A stretch of 62,000 bases of DNA, taken from Vicugna vicugna. Taxonomy: Eukaryota. The position numbers and the translations under genes are program-made. This document shows, piece after piece, positions 24,926 to 37,941 of the stretch (positions within the stretch are counted from its first letter, which is position 1; the number at the start of each line of letters is the position of its first letter). The notes under the pieces are model-generated. The model had not been told where the DNA came from, searched no databases, and saw only the letters and a program-made list of their open reading frames with translations. Location: the NCBI GenBank assembly GCA_013265495.1, contig MU058645.1, forward strand, positions 558,001 through 620,000. Direction: 5' to 3'.

Positions 24926-25926
24926 TAAAAATTAAACTAAACAACACATAAGCTTGCATCTTCTTTCTCTAACTTTTCAACCATTTTCTCTTGCCCTTAT
25001 ATTACCTTATTCTCTTGGTTATCTTTCTTAATGTCTTCTTTATTGACCTTTATTAAATTTTTAGTTTAATCTATTCATCTTTGAGCACTTTATAATTTAG
25101 TCTCCAGTTCTTTATATGATTAGGTCATTTTTCTATTCTTCCCCTGAGTTCTGATAATTCTTGCTTTATTTCTTTTTGTTATGTTCCCCAGTTCTATTTT
25201 TAACTTTTAAATTTTTGATCTTAGAAGTTCTCTTCATATCTTCCAATGCTTATTTGAGTATACCGAATTCAGTTTCAGTTGTTATATTACAATGTTCTTC
25301 TGCTTCATGGTTAATTTTTTTTTTAGGGAACTTTCTTCTGCTTATATGGGTTGACTCATATTTTCTGTTTCCTTACAATGGTTTTGTATGAATTCAATTT
25401 AGGTTTTCCATGCCTCTTCATCTCATGGGAGGGATTTCCAAGCTGAGAGTTCACTTTTTTGTGCATCTGTCTTTTTCTGTACAGCTTCCTTGATGGATGG
25501 TATTGCTATGATGGTGTGGAGAGTGACCTCTCCCATTAAGAAACCTGAAGATGGACTTTGGTAGTGGAAGAGATGAAGCACTGCTACAAAGGTAGCTATG
25601 GATTAGTACTTGTCAGTTTGTGTGTCCTCAAAATAGGACAACACTACTTGTCTCTTGGGGTAGTCATGGCGATGAACTAAGACAATAAACGTGCAAGAAT
25701 CTGGTACAGAGTAAGTTCTTTAAAATACCTGTCATCACTGTAACCAGTCACTAGAAAATGTTCTTCTAGGGTCTCCCAGCAGGTGAATGAGCTTGACCTT
25801 CTTCACTGGCACTTTTTGGTGTGTGTCTTCAAAATCCACCAGGCAGGGAGTTAACAATTAATTAATTGTTAATTAATTAATTGATCAAGTTTCCACTTAG
25901 CTAAGAACCATTCTGAAAAGAAAGTG

Positions 25927-26718
25927 CAGTTGCCCCTCTTTATCCATAGGGGATCCGTTCCAAGACCCCCAGTGGCTACTGGAAACCACCAATGATTCCA
26001 AACCCTATGGTACCATGTTTTTCTTATACATACATATCTGTGATCAATTCTAATTTATAAATTAGGCACAGTAATAGATTAACACAATACTAATCATAAA
26101 ATAGAACGATTATAACAATCTACTGTAATAAATGTTATGTAAATGTGGTCTCTCTCTCAGAATACTGCCTTTTTCATCGTAACTAAACACTTACCACACG
26201 CTGTGACCGTAACGTTTTCCACTTTGAGGTGTGACAGCAAAACTGCACGAATCTCTTTCTCCTTCTTCACAGTTTCACAGACGGAAGACTCGTTCTTACT
26301 GTAGATCTCAGCAACTGCAGCATACGATTGTTCTCTTTCGAGTTCGAGAGCGCAAACCTTTTCACTTAGAGGAAGCACTTACAGGCTTTGGCACAGCCAA
26401 ATTGCCAGCATCGCTCCTCTCGTGCTTTGGGGCCACCTGAGCACAGGCACTGTGGTGCCACAACAGCTGATCGGACAACCGAGCGGGCTACCAAGTGACC
26501 AATGGGCGGGACACCCCGGACGAAGAGGCGGTTCACACCCCACCCGGCGGACGGAGCTGGTGGCGCGAGATTTCACCACGCTGCTCGGAGCCGCGGCGCG
26601 CAATTTAAACTGTCTGCCCTGTTCACTTCTGGAATTTTCCATTTAATGTTTCTGGCTGTGGTTGACGGCAGGTCACTGAAGTCATAGAAAGCGAAGCCAC
26701 AGAGGAGGGGACCTCCTG
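25927..26718 (-). mobile_element. MER44/Tigger7-derived TcMar element with both ends and a transposase N-terminal remnant
   Basis: Terminal inverted repeats cagttgcccctct..tatcc and gaggaggggacctcctg. ORF 26378-26157 (LPLSEKV...YAAVAEIYSKNESSV..VKKEKEIRA) is a Tigger helix-turn-helix. Confidence 0.85.
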
Positions 26719-28094
26719 GGTTGGAATATCAGGAATACCAAATTGCTAAAGAACAGAAACAGGCCTTTGCCTGCAAACAGGAAAGCGAAGAGCAGCCTAA
26801 TGGCCTCACGCGGATTCCGAGCGCATCGCCCGCCTCCGGGGCGGACCCTCCCGCTGCGAGGGAGACGCGAGGAGCAGCACCTGAAACGTGAAAAATTCCC
26901 CGAAGTAAGCTTCCTGGCCCCGGGATTTATGGGTCAGAGTGAAATTTTTATCTTCTCCCCTCCAAGTCAGTTTAGAGGCTCATATTAAACAGCAAAGCCA
27001 CCTCGCTAACAGACAAGCTGTTTTCTTTCTTCCTCTTTTTTTCTCAGTCCCCACCCCCCCACCCCCCGGCACACCTCACTCCCCAGGACTTGCCTCTAGT
27101 TCTCAACAGCAGCGATGACTGTGTCTTAATAAGAAAAGATGCATCAAATATTACCATAACCCCAGAGGCAGGAGCGAAGCCCTCATTAGAATGCGGACCT
27201 ACAGCTGGAGCTTCAGTGGCGCGGGAGAGAAAGTTCACCATTGTTAGCTCGCAAGGGGCTCAGACTTCCTGGCAACTTCGCTGAATTACTCAGTCATCTA
27301 TGCAGGCCTTCAGAAACAGGCCACTGTTCCCCAACAAAAAAGGCATTCAAGAAGGCGCGATGGCTGCCTGGCTCGGAGGCCGGCTTTGGACGGTGAATGG
27401 GCGCCGGGCCTCCCAAGTCAATGGCCCCTGTGGGAAAGGCAGTGATGTCACCGCGGATGCATTTGAGGGGCTCTGCCCCGCTCCTCCCTGCCCTCTCCCC
27501 TTCTTAGGCTGATGCCCTCTTTTCCTTTTCTCCGCTTGCTCTCTCTCTTGACGCCTCCCTCCTGCTTCTTTGAGGCCATTATATTTTTTTCAAAGTTTGG
27601 AACCCAAACCCAGCAGAGGCCCCGGCGACTTGCCTGCCATGGCAACACTGGGTCTTCTCCACTTGAGTTTTTGCATAAAAACTCGCTTGAAAAGGAGGGC
27701 AGGAATGAAAGGGGGAAGGAAGCTAGTTTGTCCCCCGTGGGGGTGGCATCAGCTGGGAAAGGACAGAGAAAATGAGAGGGAGGACTGCAGGAGCGCAGGA
27801 GGGGCCTTTGAGAAACAAAGTTGTAATCCTTCGCATTCAGAACTGCAGGGAAGAAAAAAAGATCCGTGCTTCTGATGCCATATAGAAGAATAACAGTTTC
27901 CACAAGAAATAAGGCCTTGCTTTTGGAAACATACCCGATTACATAATTTACAGGGAACTTTCAAAACTTTGTCGAGGCTACCCAAGGCCCTGGAGTCCTC
28001 TGGGGTCAAAGGGTGGTAGACATAAACACTAAGGTGTCACCAGGCAAGCTCAACTCAGAATCCTCCATGGTAAAGAGAAGGAGGCATTCATTAC

Positions 28095-28133
28095 CTGGCT
28101 TTCTTCTCCTGGAGGTACAGTTACCTTGACCCC
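28095..28133 (-). pseudogene. Pseudo-exon G (GVKVTVPPGEESQ)
   Basis: Acceptor tttattctgtttcag| and donor CAG|gtaatg. 39 nt, symmetric, open in phase 0. Confidence 0.55.
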
Positions 28134-28489
28134 CTGAAACAGAATAAACACATCATTTCTTTCCTGTGCTTTATGATCACTCTATCAAAAAGCAAATATT
28201 AAGCAGTCTGATCAGAGCAGAGGCCATCCTCACAGCAGAGGGGTGTGGCTGTGAGCCCATGACCATGGGATCCTTTGGCCGTATCACCTACCGCGTGGTC
28301 CAGAGCCAGCCAGGCCCTGGAGCCCTGGGGCAGCCTACGGAAGCCTCCGCAGAGGGCAGCTTGGAGGCCACACTCTGCAGGGACTCAGTGTGTGCACTGC
28401 CCGGGACTCTCTGTGTGATGGCAGGGCCTGCAACAAGAGGAAGACATGGGTCAGGGACCAAGGGGTGGAAGGAGGCATGGACACATTTA

Positions 28490-28775
28490 GCGTGACTGCT
28501 CGTGACTCAGTGATGAAGTCTGTCCTTATAAGAAGAGGAGAAAAGAAACAGACAAATGTGAAAACAGAGGCAGCAGAGATGGGAGGGGTGCCGCCCCGAG
28601 CCAAGAAGTGCCCGGCGTGCCGGAGGCTAGAAGACGCAAGGAAGGATACACTTCTAAGGGCTTCAGAGGAGTTTGGCCCACTGACGCGTTGCTCTGGGGC
28701 CTCTGGCCTCCGCAACCGGAGGGAATCTCTGTTGGTTTAGGCGCTTGGTTACAGCAGCCCCGGGAAACTATTACA
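28490..28775 (+). mobile_element. MaLR LTR (MLT1C-like), 3' part
   Basis: gtccttataagaagagg...gagccaagaagtgcc...ttggttacagcagccccgggaaactattaca. Confidence 0.75.
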
Positions 28776-31045
28776 GCCGCCAAGACTGCAGAAGCGCCAG
28801 CTCCCGGCGGAGGCTGAGGATGGACAGCGGAAGAGGCGTGATGAGGGCAGGGAGCTGCCCCAGGCTGTGGGCGGCCTGTCACATGAACCGACCACTTCAG
28901 AGCATCCCTTTGGGAAGAGCAGATCACAGGGATGATGAGATGTGCCCCCAGACACACATGGGCAGTGGGCCTGCGCACAAGGCGGACTCCCCCTCCAGCA
29001 GTGTTGATGGGACACAGGGAACACAGTTGGCAGTCAGCTCCAGCTGTTGCACCTTCAGATCTGCCACAGTGACCCTGCCAAGGCCGTGTGTCCCTGGGCT
29101 GCCCCTAGGCAACGATGGGGCGTGGCCAGGCACCAGGACAAGGGCATTCCGTCCCTCTTGTGCTTGACCTCTGCTCAGAGACACCTCAGTGGCCACCGAG
29201 CCTGTCTCAGACTGCGCTGTGTCCAGGGACCTTCCACCGGCCTTCCTCCCTCGGCCTCCCCCGGCAGAGGTCGGGGCGGCATCATTGTCTGAAGTTCTGC
29301 TCGCCGCCTCCTGCCCTCCCCACCTCCCTTCACCAAAGCGCTCATATAAATGTCCTGCGTGTGCGGTGCTCCCTCGGCGTTTGCATCTCGGAGGACCTGA
29401 GCTAACACGGGGGAGAGTTTCTATAACACTGTCACTCACTAAAAGATCTCACTGTGAATCAGACTCCTTTTGGGCTTCATAAAACTGGTCTTCTCATCTG
29501 TCCATGACTCACTCAAGAGTACACAAAAATAGCTACCACTCCAGGGCCCAGAACATTAAGAAATGCGCACACCAGATTAATGAGCTGTGCCCACCTTCTG
29601 AGTTCTCCTGATTGGTTCAGACTATTAACCAGCTTCCACAATATAATTGGGCAGCTTCCAACTGGGGCTGGAACCAGAGATCCCTCGGGAATTGTGGTCA
29701 CTCGCCGACTTCTAGGATTCCTCATTATCCTAGCATTGTATGTGTCAGGTCAGGAGAGCAAAAGCAAACAGAAAAAGGGGAGAGAGTGATGGCACTCAGC
29801 TTGCACTTTTTAAATTGCCTAAAATCGTCAGGTAGCGAGCAAGCACCACATCTCCCACCCAGGCCACCTTAATGGACACAGAAATGTCCACAGCCAACTT
29901 CCTGGTTTATCGTTTCCTGATGGCGTGTTCCTCTGTGTGATGAAAATTATAGTAAAGGAGCATCTCTTTCCCCTCTGTGTGCCTAAGAAAGGCACGTGCT
30001 AGCTCCTTACTACAGATTTGGAAACCCTGCTGCTAAAAACACCATTTGCAACCCCGTGAAAATTATTTTCAGGATGAGGGGAGCTTAATGACAACAGTAA
30101 TGAGAGATAATGAAGAAGAGGGCTGATGCTCATAATCACTCTCACTGGCATGAAGAAGCAGTGTTGATCAAGCACTTTTCCACTAAACACACGGGTCTCG
30201 TGGCTTCCAGGAAACGTGTGAGGCTCTCCAGGGACGTATCCCCCGCGCAGGGCCTGTGACACGGCGGGTCCAAATGGAACACAGTGGACATGCGAAAGAA
30301 CTGAAATCAGAATTCCAAAGAGGAAGAGCTCTGTGCCAGACAGGCGATGCTGACCTAGGCCTTGAGAAAGAGCAGGGATGCGATAGCAATCGGAAAGAAG
30401 GGCATTCCTGATCCGGATGCGGCTTTTTTATGGCCAGCAAGAAGAAAAGGGGTTCAGATAAAAGAATAGTGACAGGTCACACCGGAAAAAGCAGTGCAAG
30501 CAGACCAAGAGTCCTACACATTTTAGACTTTCTAAAAATAGAGTCTTTGTAAAGGAAACGGCTTGGTGGAAATGGCATGCGGCATTTGGGATGATCACTT
30601 TTTAAAACGTGCTCTTATTTGCTCACTTATTATTTATTTATGCCTTTATTTATTGGCTTGTTTTTTTGTATTTGTGTGGCCCTGTGCTCAAAAGATAATC
30701 CGGCAAGCCTGCCCGACCAGCTACACAGAAGCCCCCAGTTCCCAGCTGGACCACCTGTTGGTCAGCCCATCTCAAATAGGTACCGCACAGCCAGGAGCAG
30801 CGAAGGGTTCAGCTTGGTTTTGTCTTTCTTTTTATATATTCAGAAAGGGACAATATAAACACATTCCTTATTTCACTAAATGCCCTTGTTTTATGAGACC
30901 TACATCTACCTTTATTTTCAATTCCTTCCCCATCATAATTTTCATTTGTTCGCAATCTTAATTCACTTCAATCTTACTCTTTTTAATTGAATCATTTGTA
31001 TGCATGTATATCTATACAAACTTTTTCACATATTTTCTCTTTGGG

Positions 31046-31225
31046 CCACTACTACGTATAAAATAAATAAACTGCAAGGTTATACAGTACAACACAGGGA
31101 ATGTAGCCAATATTTTATAATAACCGTGAAGGGATTAGAACCTTTAAAAACTGTGAATCACTATGTGGTACACCTGAAACTTACATCATTTCGTCAACGA
31201 CACATCATTTCAGTAAATAAATAAA
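31046..31225 (+). mobile_element. Artiodactyl-type L1 3' UTR fragment
   Basis: ctactacgtataaaataaataaac...tacaacacagggaatgtagccaatattt...gaatcactatgtggtacacctgaaact with an AATA tail. Confidence 0.8.
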
Positions 31226-31229
31226 TGAA

Positions 31230-32648
31230 ATGTTTATGGAAAGGCAAAATTGCAAAATAAAAATGGGAGGAATCAACCTACCTGGTTGTAAGGCTTACTG
31301 AACAGCTTCAACAATCAAGGACGTGTGGTGTAGCAGGGAGGCAGACACAGGGATCAATGAAGCAGAACAAAGAAACCAAAAATGGATCCACACAGCTATG
31401 CCCAACTGATTTTTCACAAGAGAAAAACTCAGTAGAGGAAGGTTAGTCTTGTCAGTAACTGATACTGGAATCAATGGACACCCGTACCCACAAAATAGGA
31501 ATAAACTTTAACTTAAACCTCACAGCTCATACAGAGATGGACTCAAAATGAATCAAGAACTTCAATGGAAAATGGGAAACCATAAGACGTTTAAAAGAGT
31601 GAAAAAGCCTTTAAGACCCAAGGCTAAATGAAGAGTTATTAGCCTTGACACCTACAGCATTTGCTGTAAAAGAAAAAAATTGATCAGTTGTACCTGGTCC
31701 AAACGAGAACTTTTGCTCTGCAAACAATCTTACTAAGAGTATTGAAAGACTGGCTACTGACTAGTAAAAAAAATGTTTTTTTTCCAAACCCGATATCTGA
31801 CAAAGGACCCCTATCTAGACTACAGAAGAACTCTCAAACTCCACAGGAAACAAACTCTCTAATAAGAACGCGGGCACAAAACCTGAACAGACATTTCACA
31901 GAAGAAGAAATGCAGATGGCAAATAAGCACATGAAAAGATGTTCAGTATCATTAGCCATTAGGGACATGCAAATTTCAACCAAAATGAGGCATCACTACA
32001 CAGCTATTGAAATGACTGAAATATATTAACACCAAAGGTTCATAGCAGTTTTATTTATGTTTATTTACAGCAGCCCCAAACTGGAAACAACACAGATGTC
32101 CTTCAACAGAGGCATGATTACACAAATGGATCCATCCACACCATGGACTCCCACTCAGCAGTAAAAAGGACTGCACTGTCTGTGCATGCAGTGACTTCAA
32201 TGAACCTCCAGAGAAATGTGCTGAGTGCAAAAAAAAAAAAAAAGTGATCCCAGAAGATTAGTGTATGATTCCATAAGCAGAACACGCTTGGAATGACAAA
32301 ATTAGAGGACGGGGAACAGGGTGGTGATTGCAGGGCTTTGGGACATAGCGGGTGGGGATGGGTGAATGTAGCCATAAAGGGTAGCGGGAAAGAGCCTTGT
32401 GGTCATAAAACAGCTCTGTGTCTTGTCTGGTGGTTACTCAGATCTGCCCACGGGATGAAGTTGCACAGAAGTAAGTGTACTCAGTCGCACACGCGCTCAT
32501 GCATACAGCCTGGTGTGCGCCTGGACTGCAATTATGCAAGATGTTACCACGGGGGGAAGCCGAGGGAAGGGGATACGGGATCACTCTGTACTATTTGTTG
32601 AAATTTCACATGAATCTACAATCACGTCCAAAGAAATAGTCTTAAAAA
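31230..32648 (+). mobile_element. Old L1 (L1MC1/2-like) ORF2 3' part and 3' UTR
   Basis: ORF 31688-32029 includes LNRHFTEEEMQMANKHMKRCSVSLAIRDMQI (ORF2p). Tail gcaagatgttaccacgggggg...tgaatctacaat. Confidence 0.9.
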
Positions 32649-32775
32649 CACAGATTCACTGGCCCCTTCCTCGGCTCTTCGTATGTAACAGGTCGGGAGA
32701 CGGGTCCAGTTTTGCGTTTCTGTCAGGCGCTCTCCGGGATTCTGACCACCAGGCACGTCCTGGGAGACCTGCTCT
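32648..32775. mobile_element. MER5-like hAT remnant
   Basis: acagattcactggcccc...ttgcgtttctgtcaggcgctctccgggattctga. Confidence 0.45.
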
Positions 32776-33439
32776 TGGCCCTCCTGCTTCTTCCCTCTGC
32801 ACTTTCTGGAGGGACTGTCAAATCCCACTATGATGCTGAGTCTGGGTTATGATAGAAGAATTCTTCACAGGGTCATTTTTACCCATAAACAATGATGTCA
32901 GCTTTATCCTAATGAAAAGAAAGTGGTAGGGTCGTGTCTTATCTAACCTCACCTCCAGATGCAGGAAAAGAGTAAAGTGGTCCTTTAATTTAACTGAAAG
33001 ATTTTTCCCATTAGAACCTTAGAAATGCACTGTTTTGCAGACTTCCTGTTATGGCATTTTATGGTATACAGCAAAAAGTGTCAGTAAACTTTCTTGAGTC
33101 CCATTCCTGGCTGAAAGTTACCACTCACTTCTTGGACATCTGTATTCTGGAGTTGAGGAGGAAAGTCTGTCTTTTGAAACACAGCCTATGGGGGTTTCAA
33201 ATTTAGGAACTAGTCTTCCACTCATGACTCAAATCTGCAGTGCAAAGGAACGGCTGTAATTTTCAAGGCTCTCAGATGCGATGGTCCATCAGGATTAGAG
33301 GCTTGTGGAGCCAGTTATCTTGCTGGTAAGGCACCAGGCTAAGAGGCAGGGCTGGGAGCAGGGACCCCTGGGACTGCGGGAACTTTTCCCAGCCCCTCAG
33401 CCTCGGGGCTCCAGGCTCTGCCAGCAGCGTGATCCGGTA

Positions 33440-33560
33440 GATTGCTGTCTCTCCCCTCCCTTGGACTGGGAGCCCTTGAAGTCGGGGACTGGTGGCCTCC
33501 TGTCTCTCTCCCAGTATCCAGTAGGGCAGGAGGCATTGGGTAGGTGTTCAACATCGCTTT
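33440..33560 (+). mobile_element. L2 3' end
   Basis: tgtctctcccctcccttggactgggagcccttgaagtcggggact...taggtgttcaa. Confidence 0.55.
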
Positions 33561-33760
33561 AAAATGACTATAAATGAAAGAGAACAAGAAAAAGTGTACA
33601 TGGAAAAGTGTTTCCAAGGATAAACCCAGAAAGACACTGTGGAAGGGCGTGTGATGGTCTTGTCATCCCTGCCACAAGGGGAAGCACACATATCATCGTG
33701 ACCGCACGTCCTGCCCTAGAGCCCAGACACACCTCGAGATTCTCCCTGTTTAAAGATACT

Positions 33761-34238
33761 CGCAAATGACATTATTTTATTTTTTTTTTTGTTTTTGCAT
33801 CAATATGGAGGAAACTGGAGATCATCATTCTGAGTGAAGTAAGCCAGAAAGAGAAAGAAAATTATCATATGATATCACTTATATGAGGACTCTAAAAAAA
33901 AAGACACAAATGAACTTATTTACAAAACAGAAACAGACTCACAGACACAGAGAACAAACTTAGGGTTACAGGGGTGGGTGGGAAGGGATAAACTGGGAGT
34001 TTGAGATTTACAGACACTAACTACTACATGTAAAACATAAACAAGTTTCCTCTGTATAGCACAGAAAACTATAAGCAATATCTTGTAGTAACCTATAATG
34101 AAAAAGAATATGAAAACAAATATATATATGTACATGTATGACCGAAACATTACGCCGTCCACCAGAAATAAACACAACATTGTAAACTGACTATAGTTCA
34201 ATGAAAATAATAAAACATTTTCTAAAAACAAAAAATTA
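33761..34238 (+). mobile_element. 5'-truncated, 5'-inverted camelid L1
   Basis: ORF2 end (ILSEVSQKEKENYHMISLI) and 3' UTR. Inverted piece at 33761-33792. TSD ttaaagata(c/t)t at 33750-33760 and 34236-34246. Confidence 0.9.
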
Positions 34239-34478
34239 AAGATATTAGGATTTCATTCTCAATTTCTCATTTGTGTTTTTATTCCATGTTTCACAGTAGC
34301 ATAAAAACAGTCATATTCACATGCTTAAATGTTGCTTATGATTTCGTTTTTCGCATCTGGTGGAAAGCAAGATTAGGCAAGCCATTAAATAAATGTGGTC
34401 GCAAGAACTGATTTGAAATGGTACCAATACAAATTTTAAGAGAAAAATGACAACAGACTTGACCATGTACAACCCCAC

Positions 34479-34550
34479 ATGCATAAATGAAGTATCCAAG
34501 TTCAGCTGAGAATCACCCCCACTCATGCATTTTATGGAGTACACCTACTT
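34479..34550 (-). pseudogene. Possible extra pseudo-exon (K*VYSIKCMSGGDSQLNLDTSFMH)
   Basis: Strong acceptor cccctttcttgttgccttttgtag| but weak donor CAT|gtgggg. 72 nt, phase 0-0, one stop. Confidence 0.25.
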
Positions 34551-35289
34551 CTACAAAAGGCAACAAGAAAGGGGAATTACAACCTATGATTAACTACAGT
34601 ATGTTTCTAATTCTAAGCTATGGATTCTCAGGATCTCAAATAGGAAAATGTTTTCCTTCAATACCTCTTTAAAACTGCTAAATTTGCCAAAGTTCTCAGA
34701 TCAAAATTTTATTCTAGGAAAAAACTTATTTTTAGCACCTGAGTTTCTAAATTTTTTTTTTCATTGATAAAAACCTCTGAAGAAAAACATTAAGACAGTT
34801 TTTCCCTCTGTACACAAATGCAATTGGGGATCTATTTTTAAAAAAACTTTTCAATCCTACTTTCCATCTTGGTCTCTTGTACTTTATCAACAAAGGAAAA
34901 GCCGTAAGAGCCTTTCTTAAACCACTTTCCACTCCAGCTAGATCAGCCCCACAGTGTCACGTTGTAAGTATCAACTCGCCGGTGGGAAAGTGCTGATAAG
35001 ATGTGCAGTATGCCTTTCATGCTACTTCTTCTGCAAAATTAAGCTAATTCTTTAAAAATTAGGTATCAAGTGGTTCTTAACAGGGTACAATGATTCAAAC
35101 AAGCAGTTTGCCTGGCGATTCCTCCCTGCTTCCGGAAAACTATCAAAGTGTTTTAAACAGAGAGCTCTAATCCTCCCGGTGCTACGGAAAAAAGCCCCTG
35201 CAGCCAGTGAAAGTTACTGACCCAGAACACATCAGTTCATAAGCTTTAATAATTATATTGGGGTCACTTTATTTTAAACCATGAAATCA

Positions 35290-35960
35290 AGAGCTCAGCC
35301 TGCCCTGGTGCACGAACTGCTGGGGCCAGCGGCGGGGACTTCTCGGCACACCGGCCATCTGTGAATGTTCTCAGAAGTGTTTCATCTTACAGACGTTTCA
35401 GCTATCTCTTTTTCAGCCCAGTTGTCATCCTACTCCCTGGCCAGTGCTCGACCCCAGCAAAGCCTCTCAGCACTCCTTTTGCAGATGACTGGGAGGTTCC
35501 ACGCGAATAAGCAGCAAGGAAAGGGGTTTCCGAGGCGCTGGCATCCAGTCTTCCAGCTGAACCGCTCAGGAGGAAGGCAGCTTTAGCCACCCAGGTCCGG
35601 GTCCCTCCGTGCGCGGTGACACGGCGGGGGCGCAGCCGGAAACCCCGGAGCAGAGCACCGGGTCGCGGATGCCAGGGGATGACATCATGCAACTGGGTTT
35701 GCATGATTATTGAAGGTCTGCGTTGTGCGCGCTGCATGAAGTCACCGGAATGCTCGGGAACAGAGGCAGCCGGAGGTCAAAGGCACCCTTGGCAGGGGCG
35801 CGGGATGGAAGATTGAATAGAAGGGAAGGGGCGGGTCTGCATTTATTGCCAGGGCTCTGGCGTTCTGGACGTGCAGATAAAATCATAAAATCCCCTTCAC
35901 GCGCTGTGTTCCCTTGACCTACCGTTGGCCTGGGGCCTGGGCATCCCACGTTCAGGACGC
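35290..35960. promoter_or_regulatory. CpG-rich patch, candidate enhancer or promoter
   Basis: Local CpG enrichment (35590-35820) and GC box GGGGCGGG at about 35827, in non-repeat sequence. Confidence 0.45.
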
Positions 35961-36339
35961 GTGGTTCCCCTGTAGTACCCACTGGGGTGTTTGCAGGTAC
36001 AGCTTCTGTGCTCTGAACCCCAACACGAGAAAGAAGAACATGGAGAAAAGGCACATAATACAGAGATACTGCCGCAATCTGTTTATGTGAAAATAGTTTA
36101 CAGCCTCGCAGCAGCGCTTGTTAGAAAAAGGTGAGGAAATGCTGTTTTTTTTCCACAGGACTTTGCATGGAAATATTTTCTCCATTTCTCAGGCAAATAT
36201 TTACTTAAATGGGGCTTTGTAAATTGGAAATGAATGTTTAATAGTTTAGAAAATGAATTATATATATGAAAGATGCAGAGAATAGATTAAGTGAATTTTG
36301 CAAAGGGTATTGTTATGTTTATCCTTAAGTCCTCTGGTG

Positions 36340-37070
36340 TGTGTTAATAAAAGGGAAACCTTCCAAAACCACACCACAGTTACCCATGGTAGTAAATTTA
36401 ACACTGAAACAACACTTTTATCTAATCTACCACCTATATTGCAATTTTTTGAAAGTGACCCAATTAAAGTGACCCCTTTAAACAGTTCCCTCCAGGACAG
36501 GATCCAATCACAAGTCAGGTGTTGCATTTAGGTGTCTTCAATCCTTTTTTATCTAGAACATTTTCTCCGCCTTTTTTTTTAATGACCTTGATATTTTTAA
36601 TACGGTGCCCTCCTCTCCTTTTAAGCAGAATTTTCTTCATGTGCTGTTTGATGATTCCTGGATTCAGGATTCTTACCCAGAATGCAATGGAGGTGCTGCT
36701 GGGTGGGTCTCAGGGCATCACCCCTTGGAGGTCCCTCCGTCCCTCCCCAGTGATGACAGCTGTGATCACTCAACCAAGGCATCGTCCAGTCTCCCCACTG
36801 CATCACTGTCTTTTTTTGAAATGAAGAGAAATGTTGTGGGAAGATTCTTTGATGTTCCTCATCAAAAAATTTCCCTAGATTTGCCATCTATTGATGATTT
36901 TTGCTGGATCGTTTTTTTTTTTCCGATGTTTGAAAAATGTTAACTTTCCATCTGTGGCACTGTTTTACTTATACCAGTTGGCACATAGAATTCAACTTCA
37001 GGGAAGAGCTAGGCCTTCTTTATCAAAGTGTTTACTTACTTGTCTATTTATTACTCGTATGCGTTCATCC
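36340..37070 (-). mobile_element. Old L1M 3' UTR remnant
   Basis: caggatccaatcacaagtcaggtgttgcatttagg...tgaccttgatatttttaa...gattcaggattc. Confidence 0.65.
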
Positions 37071-37437
37071 TCAAGGTTGCATAGGGTTCTGAAATAAAGT
37101 CATAATATCTGTGTGTTTTAGATTTCGTAAAATCACCAGATTACCTCCACACACAGCTATTTGTATGAAGTGTGCGCACGCACAGGTGTACGTGTGTGTA
37201 TCAACTCAAGGACCACAAAAGAACACAAAAGGAATACATATCATGTTGTCAGCATCATAAAAAATATACTGAGACATACTAAGAGCCCACTGAGTCTCCT
37301 GAACGGAATTCTACCAATTTTGAATATACATGTCAGCCTTCAGTAAAACACGGGTGATTATCAGCCTAGACAATTTCTTGGCTGCTCAAAACACTCAGAA
37401 CCGTGGTAAAACAAAATGGTCACTAGTCCATCTCCTA

Positions 37438-37453
37438 CAGCGCCCCGTGGAGG
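37438..37453 (-). promoter_or_regulatory. CTCF-like motif (reverse)
   Basis: Minus strand reads CCTCCACGGGGCGCTG; CpGs are retained in an AT-rich context. Confidence 0.45.
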
Positions 37454-37891
37454 ATGCTTCGGAGGAAGATGTTAAGATCCCCATAATTATTATTTAACAT
37501 TTACTTGGCAATGTCAACATACACAGAGCAGTGTGATAAATAAAGCTGCGCCAGCTCATGACACACTACCCCGAGCTCCTCAGAGCCACGAAGGAATAGG
37601 TGTGATTGGACAACACTGTGTGTACCACAGGGAGAAATTTCTCAACAGGATATGTTGCTTTCATGGCATACTTAGGAGATGACAGAGGAAGTTGGCCTCT
37701 TATAAATTACTCTTTGGCATAACTGTTGAAATAACATAAACAAAAAAGGAACTTACAACAGCCTAGTGAGAGAGGGAAGCCTGTGTTATGAAGTTACCCT
37801 CAGAGGTTCAAAACTACCTGATGCCCCGTCCTGCTCTTGGGCCCCAGCAGGCGGGCTGAGCTGAGGGATACTGTCGATTCGATACATGTAC

Positions 37892-37941
37892 CTGCACAGA
37901 GGCCACATCGCTACTCTGATGGACAGACATGGAGCCCTGAG
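37892..37941 (-). pseudogene. Pseudo-exon F (QGSMSVHQSSDVASVQ)
   Basis: Acceptor ttcttgatttccag| (an alternative AG would start the exon at 37955) and donor CAG|gtacat. 50 nt, phase 1 to 0, open. Confidence 0.45.

Larger units (their letters stand above)
22560..25450 (-). mobile_element. Fragmented ancient L1M with nested insertions
   Basis: T-rich antisense ORF2 motifs (cattcagttattccaaagtcatttatt, ttcttgccttgttcctgaatttaatggg, gatattgaaccatccttac). Confidence 0.75.

Noticed and set aside
30975..31225. Head-to-head L1 3' fragments as a twin-priming inversion
   Set aside because: Both pieces resemble 3' UTR ends and I could not find an enclosing TSD.
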